Below the pieces are notes generated by a model. That model ran no database searches and had not been told where the DNA came from. It saw nothing but the letters and a program-made list of their open reading frames with translations. This document shows positions 24,840 to 32,000 of a DNA stretch of 32,000 nucleotides, piece after piece. Positions within the stretch are counted from its first letter, which is position 1; each line of letters opens with the position of its first letter. The stretch comes from Nostoc sp. PCC 7120 = FACHB-418 (lineage in GTDB: Bacteria > Cyanobacteriota > Cyanobacteriia > Cyanobacteriales > Nostocaceae). The translations under genes were made by a program, and so were the position numbers. The stretch is taken from positions 120,001 to 152,000 of the forward strand of contig NC_003240.1 in the NCBI RefSeq assembly GCF_000009705.1. The letters run 5' to 3'.

Positions 24840-25208
24840 ATGAAACAAGGTATGATAAATGACCCCGTAAAGCGAACTAAATCAATCAAGGTATACCTCT
24901 TTGAGGAAGAAAAAACTACCATTGAGGAAAAAGCCAACGCTACAGGAGTCACTGCATCTGAGTACTTACGTTCCTGTGGGTTAAGACGGGTACTAACGAC
25001 AAAACCGCCCACCGACTTGATAACTATCCGCGCTACTGCTGGAAACCTTAAAAGCGAACTGATGATGTTATCTCACTTAGCGAAGGAAACAAACAATCAG
25101 CAAATTTTGGATACTGTTAATAAGGCGATCGCACTCGTAGATCAGACTATCGCAGCTGCATTTAACCTAAACGTTCCAGACAAATCACCCTCAAGCCAAG
25201 AGACATAA
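24840..25208 (+). CDS. MobC-like ribbon-helix-helix relaxosome accessory protein
   Basis: The track ORF starts at TTG 24756. The ATG at 24840 (MKQGMINDPVKR) is more plausible. KSIKVYLFEEEKTTIEEKANATGVTASEYLRSCGLRR matches the MobC-family pattern (R/K...i.v.l...E...i...A...g.S.SeYlR). Confidence 0.75.
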   Translation: MKQGMINDPVKRTKSIKVYLFEEEKTTIEEKANATGVTASEYLRSCGLRRVLTTKPPTDLITIRATAGNLKSELMMLSHLAKETNNQQILDTVNKAIALVDQTIAAAFNLNVPDKSPSSQET

Positions 25209-25250
25209 GGCATTACAGGTTCTATAGCCCCCACTTTCAACTATCTCAAT

Positions 25251-26756
25251 TTGATTCCCGTTATCTACAAAAAACCCAATTTTCTCGACACGCTCAAGTA
25301 TGTCTTGGGGAAAGATGATGCTGCGATTGTCGATACTAATATGATGGGAACAAAGCCAGATGAATTCAACCAGCAATTTCTCACCATCAAGTACACCAAC
25401 AAAGCAGTTAAACGGCAGTGCGCTCACCTCATCATCTCAATAGCACATCGCCCGAACTACCACGAGCATTTATCTGATAGTCAGTACAGTTATGTAGCAA
25501 GAGAATATCTCAAGGATATGGGATACTTGCCCAAGGAAGAATCATCTGTAGCAGCTACCAGTCAGTTCGTTGCAGTACGCCACCACGATCGCAACCACGA
25601 ACACCTGCATATAATCGTCGCCCGGATTCGGTTAGATGGCAGCTTAGTTAATGATTCCTATGATTATTTCAACTCCCAAGTCTCAACTAGACGCATCGCG
25701 GCGGAACTGGGATTAGAAGTAACTCCGACAACAAATGAAGCTGTCGCTTCTAAGTTAGAGCAAGAGTACGGAATAATTACACTCACCAGCCCCAACCGAT
25801 CAAAAAGCATTAGAGCAGTCAACAGTAAGCACAAAACCCCAACAAGTAAGGAAATTATTCGCCAAGCAATAGGAGAAGCCATTAAGGACAGTCCCACCGT
25901 CTCTACGTTTATTCAACGCCTGGAGGAAAATAACATTGGAGTATTGCCTAAGATGCAGGGGGAAGAACTACTAGGCTTTACCTACATTCATAATGATGTC
26001 AAAATTGCTGGTTATCAAGTATACAAACCTTATAGCTGGAACAAACTGCGGTCTGAATATGGAATCACGTACGACCCATATAAAGATAAAGAAGTAATTC
26101 AACAAGCTAAAGCCAAAGCAATTGCTCGCATAAATAGCATAATTTTAAGTAATAATGATTACTTATATAGTGATAAACCTACTAATAGCAGTACAAGTGA
26201 TAGTAATAGTGATACTGATAGTAACTCTAAAAAACTTGTTACTACATATACACTAAATAGTAATTATCTCAGTGAGATTTCGATAATACAACCAAAATCA
26301 GAAGATAACCTCACTTCGGAAGCAAATAAGACCAAGAAAAAAGTTCAGCCGCATCCAAAGAAACAGCACCCACAACAGGATATTTCAGAAGAAAACGGTC
26401 TTACTGCTAAACAATTCCTGGAAGAGCAATCTTCCCCTGTTCCTCCTTCTCTTAACCTTCTGCCTTCTACTCTCAAACATTTGCCTTCTATAATCACTGA
26501 CTATATGCTTGTTACCAATAACTTCCGTATCAAAGGACGGGAGTTGAGTGCCAGTTTACATAGCAATACTCTGAGTGTTTACCGTCATGGAGATAATACT
26601 CCTGTGATGCAAACCTGCTACAGTCAGAGAACCTGGTACGAAGAGATACCAACTCGACTAACAACAAACGAAATTGAGCAGATTGAAAGTTTGCGTTTCT
26701 TTACGCAACAAGTATTAATGAATAAACAGCGATCGCAAAGAGGTATTGAGCAGTAG
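25251..26756 (+). CDS. Mobilisation relaxase (MobA/VirD2 family)
   Basis: 501 aa with a TTG start. The N-terminus is MIPVIYKKPNFLDTLKYVLGKDD (catalytic Tyr region). The His-triad motif is VRHHDRNHEHLHIIVARI. A Ser/Asn/Asp low-complexity linker (NSSTSDSNSDTDSNS) and a roughly 170-aa C-terminal region of unknown function follow. Confidence 0.9.
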   Translation: MIPVIYKKPNFLDTLKYVLGKDDAAIVDTNMMGTKPDEFNQQFLTIKYTNKAVKRQCAHLIISIAHRPNYHEHLSDSQYSYVAREYLKDMGYLPKEESSVAATSQFVAVRHHDRNHEHLHIIVARIRLDGSLVNDSYDYFNSQVSTRRIAAELGLEVTPTTNEAVASKLEQEYGIITLTSPNRSKSIRAVNSKHKTPTSKEIIRQAIGEAIKDSPTVSTFIQRLEENNIGVLPKMQGEELLGFTYIHNDVKIAGYQVYKPYSWNKLRSEYGITYDPYKDKEVIQQAKAKAIARINSIILSNNDYLYSDKPTNSSTSDSNSDTDSNSKKLVTTYTLNSNYLSEISIIQPKSEDNLTSEANKTKKKVQPHPKKQHPQQDISEENGLTAKQFLEEQSSPVPPSLNLLPSTLKHLPSIITDYMLVTNNFRIKGRELSASLHSNTLSVYRHGDNTPVMQTCYSQRTWYEEIPTRLTTNEIEQIESLRFFTQQVLMNKQRSQRGIEQ

Positions 26757-26814
26757 TAAATTTGCTAGTAGAGAGAATTTAATCTACTGAGAATTCCTAT
26801 TGTTGATATATGAA

Positions 26815-26846
26815 ATACGAAGTGTTCAAATTTGAATACTTCGTAT
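26815..26846. terminator. 32-nt palindrome between convergent genes (bidirectional terminator candidate)
   Basis: atacgaagtgttcaaa/tttgaatacttcgtat has 16-bp arms with 1 mismatch. It lies between the relaxase stop (26756) and the methyltransferase stop (26950). Confidence 0.5.
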
Positions 26847-26949
26847 AAAGCATTAATACATCTAGGTTATAGCTAGAACAGAGGGCGACCCTAAAATTTT
26901 GGCTTAAGCTGTAAGTATTTGTTAGATGGCATTCATTTTTGACAGTTGG

Positions 26950-27525
26950 TCATGGGGCGATCGCCAATGCACAAAAATCGCGATCCGTCTCGACTAGGCG
27001 CGCTTGAGTGAAACCAGCAGTCGTAAGTATCTGAGTCAATCCAGTACTTGATTGCCCTGAATAAGAAGTAAAACCAAGTGCTATTTGACCACCAACCTTC
27101 ATAACTCGCCGCACTTCCCGCAGCCCAACTAAGGCATCTGGCCAGACTTGCATAGAGTTAACCGCCAGCACTTTATCGAATTTGTTGTCTTCAAAGGGCA
27201 AACTTTCCACCGAACCTTGCCGTAAATCAACCAGACCCATCTCAATCTCTGCCATGTTTCTAGCTGTAGCTTGCTCAACCATTTCTTGAGAGTAATCGAT
27301 GCCTGCGATATATCCTGCTGATGCTAAAGAGGATAAACGCTGAATACCCACTCCTGAGCCGAATCCAACTTCCAACACTTGGTCATTTGGCTGAATATCG
27401 AGTAGGTCGATCACCGAATAGGTAAACGCTTGGTTCATGGATGCCATAATCATGCCACCCAACCTACCTAGCATACCCTTCGGGCGACCAAACATCTGCA
27501 TGAATATACTGTCTACAATGCTCAT
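26950..27525 (-). CDS. Class I SAM-dependent methyltransferase
   Basis: 191 aa. Motif I VLEVGFGSGVG, then GIDYSQEM and FDKVLAVNSMQVWPD. Confidence 0.8.
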   Translation of the reverse strand: MSIVDSIFMQMFGRPKGMLGRLGGMIMASMNQAFTYSVIDLLDIQPNDQVLEVGFGSGVGIQRLSSLASAGYIAGIDYSQEMVEQATARNMAEIEMGLVDLRQGSVESLPFEDNKFDKVLAVNSMQVWPDALVGLREVRRVMKVGGQIALGFTSYSGQSSTGLTQILTTAGFTQARLVETDRDFCALAIAP

Positions 27526-27919
27526 CAGTGTTAATCGCCTCCCTACTGTGATGCCTCTATGCTATCTAGTATTGAGTTTTTAACACATTGTCATTCTGCT
27601 TAAAACTACAAACACAACCATAATCACAAACATTACAAAAGTTACTACGGATTTATAACTAAGTAAAAAGGAGCCAATAAGTTTGTATATTTTTTGTCAT
27701 ACTTAAACTTTGAGATCACGCTGAATAAGTATTTATCAATAAAAAGCTAAGTAAAATTTTTATAAAATTGTATTTTAAAATACCCATAAATTGCTAGTCT
27801 AAATTAGAAATATGTTGAATAGATTACTGATAAAGAGACAGTAAAATTAAACTCTACGGATACTTTAGTGCCAAAAAGTGAAAATTTATCTTTAATTTTA
27901 TAAGTTTAATTGTTCATAT

Positions 27920-30900
27920 ATGACAATTCAAGCTAAACATTTTGACACTAGATTAAATCAATGGATTCATACAGATGGTAATACAAATAATCCAGATTCG
28001 CTGTTAAAAGAAGAACTTAATAATACTCTACTAGAACATTTCTTTCCTGGGGTAAACTTTTCGTTCGGGCATATGGACGAAAAGTCTACTGTGGAACAAT
28101 TAATTAATCATCCTGAAGGTCATAAATTATTATTATCGTCAAAAACTCGGTTGTTATATGGCCCCGAAGAATGTCTAGATACAATTAGGCAATTATGCCC
28201 TGATAACAAAGATAGAGGTGCTTACGGGTCTATCTTTCTTGGTTCATGTAGAAATGCTGTCAATAAAGAGTTAAACATCCTAATAGTTGATGATCATAAT
28301 GGTGAAAATGGCGGCGTTATTAGTAACGACCAGGCGTATCGGCTAACAGGAGACTGTTACGGACAAATATCAAAAGACTTGTATCACGAATTAACCAAGC
28401 ATCAAAAAGGTGATAAATATCGAGTAATTCAGCACCGCTTCGGTTGGACTGAACGAGACGGAGATGATAATAAATACCGTTTTGGTAAAGGTACATTACG
28501 CCCTGCTAACCTTGAGCAAATCCTCAATTATCAAAACTCGAATAACTCAACTAAAATTGACCTAATTCTTCCCTTATCTGCGTTCAAGGGAACTGATAAA
28601 GATAATCCTAATAGCCCGACTAAGCCTCAAATTAAACCTGGATTGTACCGACAAAATATCTGGCTAGGTGAAAAATCACAATCTGAACTCGGCAAGACAG
28701 CTATCTCACAGTTACTCGCTTCATTCCCTAACGGACTGAAAGACTTTACTGAACAGCTAGAACTTGAGGCCAAAAAGCTTAAGGAAGCACAGGACGACCC
28801 TCGGCAACTTGCACAACTTTACTGCGAAAAGTACGAGAAGCGGAAAGCTTTTTTAGAAGAACAAGCAACCACACTAGAAGAACAAGCAGCAGAAGATCCA
28901 ACAGTAGCAGAAGAGTTAGAAACTTTGCGATCGCGCATTGCTACTGACTCGTTTATTTACAAACTCATCAAAGCTGACCTGCAAGGAGAAGGGCAACTTC
29001 TCGAAACTGAGAAAGTACAGCGCGAACTTGCCCGGTTCGTCCAAAACGAGTGGAAAGAAATCGCCATCGGCAAGACGTTAACGTTTGAGCGAGCAATGGT
29101 CATTCCCTCCAAAGACCTGCAAAATGGGGAAATTTCCATACCGCATTATCAAGACGGAGAAGAAGTTCTCAACTTCCGCTCCCCTTTCCTCAACTCAAAT
29201 GGTCTGTGCGTCTCAACTAACAAAATTGTAGAAGATATCCTTGGTCCTGATGGCCAACCTCTCGCTGGTGCGATCGCTGTATCGGACGAAACAAGCGATC
29301 GCATTTACAACCGCCTCAATGAGCAAATTAAATCTATCCTGCCAGAAGCTCAAGGAAAAAATCTTCAATTAGAAGGTATTGAAAATTACTTAGACCAAAA
29401 TATTAGTAAGCTCGAAACTAGAGATAAAATCGAGTTTACTAACAAATTTAACCAGTATATTTTAGAACTAAAATCAGTTGGTTATAAATTAGAGATTCTC
29501 CCTCAAGAGTCCGAACAAGAGCGTCAAGCACGCGACTACGATGGTGATTGTATCGGCTTCGAGCGGGCAACCAAGTATCCTAACCTCACCACCGAAGCAA
29601 AGGAGCGTAACCTTCCTGAAAACGCCTACGCTCCAACTGTCAAACTTAAAAAACAATCTTTTTACCAAGAAGATGGCAGTCAGCCAGAATTTGAGGAAAT
29701 CGCCATCCACATGAGCGATGGCATTAGTGTGGGTGTTATCAACAATCACCTTACCGCAATTGAGGCGTTAGAGTCAGAAATTACGATTCTAAAAAATTTT
29801 GTTAGCGAGAAAGACTCAATTGAGTACGTACAGCAGGTAGCCAAACATTACGAAGATTTATTCAAAACAGAAGTCTGGGCAAAATCCAAGGGTATTGAAG
29901 GGAAGGAGATTCCAAGCAAGTATCGCAGTTACATGGAAGAGTTCATCAAAACCGTTCGACAAGAACCCACCAATACACTAGTAGCGATGAATATTAATAC
30001 CCAAATGTACCGTGAAATGATTGCCGAAGCAGCATTTCAAAATCAAATTGCAGTTGACCTTTTCAAGAGTGCCAAAAAACCTGAAATTGAAATTATTCGC
30101 AACAACAGTCGGATTCTTCACCGTGAAGTCAACTATATTAAGGATAAGAAGAAAGATGTCTATATTGACAATACAATTCAACCGACAGGATATTCTCCTG
30201 TTGAATTACTAATTGCTCAAACCAATCAGTATTTTGAAAAAGCTCGCCTCGAATCGCGTGAAATCGTTCAATTTCAAGCTTTATTTGAAGAGGTTGAATT
30301 TTCTAACGAACAGCGATTAAAAGCTACCCTCATCAAAAAAGAATTCGACAAATCATTCAACCGAGCAAGTGAGCTATCTAAACAAAAAGAAACTGAAAAA
30401 GGGCCATCTGTAAAAATTACCCTTGCTAATGGTAATCAAGTAAGTATAACTAATCTTCTACAGTATGATAATGAATTTATCTGGAAAGCTAATACAATTA
30501 CGATAAAACTATCAGAAATATCCGAAGATAAGCGCAATAATAACCGTCCGCATAAATATTTAGTTTATGCTCAAATTAACGATGAAACTGAGAATGGTAA
30601 ACCCAAGTTTAGAAAATTAGGGACACTGGCGAGGGAGCAAGAAAATAAACTCGAAGAGATAGTAATTACACTTGGGGAGGAAGTAAAATCTAACAAAATA
30701 TCATTCCAACCTGAACTAAGCGAAGGTCAAATTAAACTTCTTTACCAAAAAGCTTACCAGATAGCAGAGGAATTTTATAATTCGCTCCCAGAAGACCAAA
30801 AGCTAACAATGGCAGCTGCCACCTGGACGGTATCCACTACTCGTGAGAGTAATAATGATAAAAGTAGCGATCGCCAAAATAAAGTTTCTAATTTCGCCTT

Positions 30901-32000
30901 TGCTGCCTTTCCTCAAGAGATTATCAGTCAGTTAGATACACTCAAGTTTACCGAGTTTAGTATCACTGGGTTTGACCGGAATAGTGAGTTTTTTAATGAA
31001 AATCAACCTCAGAGTATTCGATTTAATCTAGCTGAAGATGGAAAAAGCGTAATTGAAATCCAGAATCAAGAGGGTAATTACGAATCATTCGGAAATATTG
31101 AACAAAGTAACGCCCGGCTACCAATTGGTACTATTGCTATTGGCAGTATTGAAAAAGGTGAAGTATACACCACCTCTGTTACAACCAAAGTACCTGGACT
31201 ACCAGAACTAACTTTCAAAGTAGGCGAAGTTAATAAGTTTGGAAATTCCCAAAGGTTTAATAATGAACCTGTAATGTTAACAATCGAAAAGGTTGACCTG
31301 ATTCGGGAAGACTATACTATCTATCTTCAAAATGGCAATAAACCTGAAAAACTAGGCAATATTGATAAAGAATCAATCAAAGAAGGTATTACCCAAGGCT
31401 GGCTAGCAGAAAAGCCTGGGAATGGGCAACAGTTACATCTTAAAATTCAAACTATCATCACTGGACAAAATGCCTATGCTATAGCAGAGACATCTCAGAG
31501 CAATCTGTTACGAATTAATATTACGAATCCAAAATACAAGAAACAGGAGATTAACAACCAAGCATTTCAAGAAACTTTAGTTCGTGCATTTGATAAAAAG
31601 CACATTTATATTGCTAAAATTGGCGACCAATCACTCGGTATTATTGGTCAGCATAATGAACGTCTTGAAGCTGATTTAAATAAAGGAAATATACAAAAAC
31701 AGTGGCAAAGGAAAGAAACTAGCACTGTACAAAAATTAATTGATGCAGGTATTATTCGCCCAAACCAACAACGAACCACTATCCCTGTACAGATTACCAG
31801 TAATGAAAGTACTTGTAAAATAATAATTGATCCAGAAACAGTACAATATCCCGACAAATGGGTTAAACGCAGTCAGCTTATAAGTAATGAAAAGCCTGTC
31901 AGAGACGAGCAGCAAGAAAAACGCAACCAAATACTCGATAAAATTAACGAACGCCCTACAATCATGTTCCAAGATAAAGAGCAAAAATTAGTAGGGCTTT
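27920..32000 (+). CDS. Very large protein (>1360 aa, 3' end outside the window) with an N-terminal RdRP-like / two-double-psi-beta-barrel polymerase-like region
   Basis: Absent from the track. ATG at 27920 with an in-frame TAA at 27893 upstream. I translated the whole frame by hand and found no stop up to 32000. All track ORFs in this span are short and antisense or out of frame. Motifs in order: GDCYGQIS, RVIQHRFGW...YRFGKGTLRP, EVLNFRSPFLNSNG, RDYDGDCIGF. The CDS call is secure; the functional call is motif-based inference. Confidence 0.8.
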   Translation, partial: MTIQAKHFDTRLNQWIHTDGNTNNPDSLLKEELNNTLLEHFFPGVNFSFGHMDEKSTVEQLINHPEGHKLLLSSKTRLLYGPEECLDTIRQLCPDNKDRGAYGSIFLGSCRNAVNKELNILIVDDHNGENGGVISNDQAYRLTGDCYGQISKDLYHELTKHQKGDKYRVIQHRFGWTERDGDDNKYRFGKGTLRPANLEQILNYQNSNNSTKIDLILPLSAFKGTDKDNPNSPTKPQIKPGLYRQNIWLGEKSQSELGKTAISQLLASFPNGLKDFTEQLELEAKKLKEAQDDPRQLAQLYCEKYEKRKAFLEEQATTLEEQAAEDPTVAEELETLRSRIATDSFIYKLIKADLQGEGQLLETEKVQRELARFVQNEWKEIAIGKTLTFERAMVIPSKDLQNGEISIPHYQDGEEVLNFRSPFLNSNGLCVSTNKIVEDILGPDGQPLAGAIAVSDETSDRIYNRLNEQIKSILPEAQGKNLQLEGIENYLDQNISKLETRDKIEFTNKFNQYILELKSVGYKLEILPQESEQERQARDYDGDCIGFERATKYPNLTTEAKERNLPENAYAPTVKLKKQSFYQEDGSQPEFEEIAIHMSDGISVGVINNHLTAIEALESEITILKNFVSEKDSIEYVQQVAKHYEDLFKTEVWAKSKGIEGKEIPSKYRSYMEEFIKTVRQEPTNTLVAMNINTQMYREMIAEAAFQNQIAVDLFKSAKKPEIEIIRNNSRILHREVNYIKDKKKDVYIDNTIQPTGYSPVELLIAQTNQYFEKARLESREIVQFQALFEEVEFSNEQRLKATLIKKEFDKSFNRASELSKQKETEKGPSVKITLANGNQVSITNLLQYDNEFIWKANTITIKLSEISEDKRNNNRPHKYLVYAQINDETENGKPKFRKLGTLAREQENKLEEIVITLGEEVKSNKISFQPELSEGQIKLLYQKAYQIAEEFYNSLPEDQKLTMAAATWTVSTTRESNNDKSSDRQNKVSNFAFAAFPQEIISQLDTLKFTEFSITGFDRNSEFFNENQPQSIRFNLAEDGKSVIEIQNQEGNYESFGNIEQSNARLPIGTIAIGSIEKGEVYTTSVTTKVPGLPELTFKVGEVNKFGNSQRFNNEPVMLTIEKVDLIREDYTIYLQNGNKPEKLGNIDKESIKEGITQGWLAEKPGNGQQLHLKIQTIITGQNAYAIAETSQSNLLRINITNPKYKKQEINNQAFQETLVRAFDKKHIYIAKIGDQSLGIIGQHNERLEADLNKGNIQKQWQRKETSTVQKLIDAGIIRPNQQRTTIPVQITSNESTCKIIIDPETVQYPDKWVKRSQLISNEKPVRDEQQEKRNQILDKINERPTIMFQDKEQKLVGL

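Noticed and set aside
28957-31984. Track ORFs 28957..29139, 29489..29749, 29978..30181, 31648..31857 and 31736..31984 (-), plus 30021..30212 (+)
   Set aside because: All lie inside the uninterrupted 4-kb frame that starts at 27920, antisense or out of frame. They are short, hydrophobic shadow ORFs.
1-32000. CRISPR arrays, tRNA/rRNA genes and riboswitch-like leaders
   Set aside because: No regularly spaced repeats of 25-40 nt were found. The ATGAAAT and CCCCAAT motifs are 7-12 nt and irregularly placed. No cloverleaf-type or rRNA-like segments were noticed. HIP1 (GCGATCGC) copies are a genome-wide cyanobacterial signature, not a local feature.

Overview
This looks like an accessory, plasmid-like segment from a filamentous (Nostocales-type) cyanobacterium. 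The HIP1 octamer GCGATCGC recurs more than 20 times, and the gene content fits. All calls come from hand translation and motif reading; no searches were run.

Left to right:
1. The 5' part of a DDE transposase gene runs off the left edge. It abuts a response-regulator gene truncated after about 25 codons.
2. Membrane and transport genes follow: a 4-repeat membrane protein, an MFS transporter and an MscS channel.
3. A large metal-resistance island comes next. It holds a His-tailed NreB/NrsD-like MFS, a SAM methyltransferase, an HME-RND pump with adaptor, a tandem-DUF305 CopM-like protein and a Cys-rich Csp-like four-helix-bundle protein. It also holds a Cu(I) P1B-ATPase, a double-cupredoxin protein, a MerR/CueR-type regulator, a CopZ-like chaperone, a duplicated lipoprotein, a thioredoxin-fold protein and a MerR remnant.
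4. The island is wired by six MerR-style promoters with long spacers, in two operator classes. It also carries four 11-bp-phased ATGAAAT direct-repeat boxes typical of OmpR-type regulators.
5. A plasmid backbone follows: a ParM-like actin ATPase, a 200-aa acidic-tailed protein and two paralogous non-coding modules with CCCCAAT iteron-like motifs. It ends with a MobC-like protein, a MobA/VirD2-type relaxase and a candidate oriT.
6. An ORF of more than 1360 codons runs from 27920 to the right edge. It is missing from the supplied track because it has no stop in the window. Its N-terminal 600 aa are collinear with eukaryote-type RdRP / two-barrel RNA polymerases, including a DYDGD loop. This is the strongest novelty candidate.
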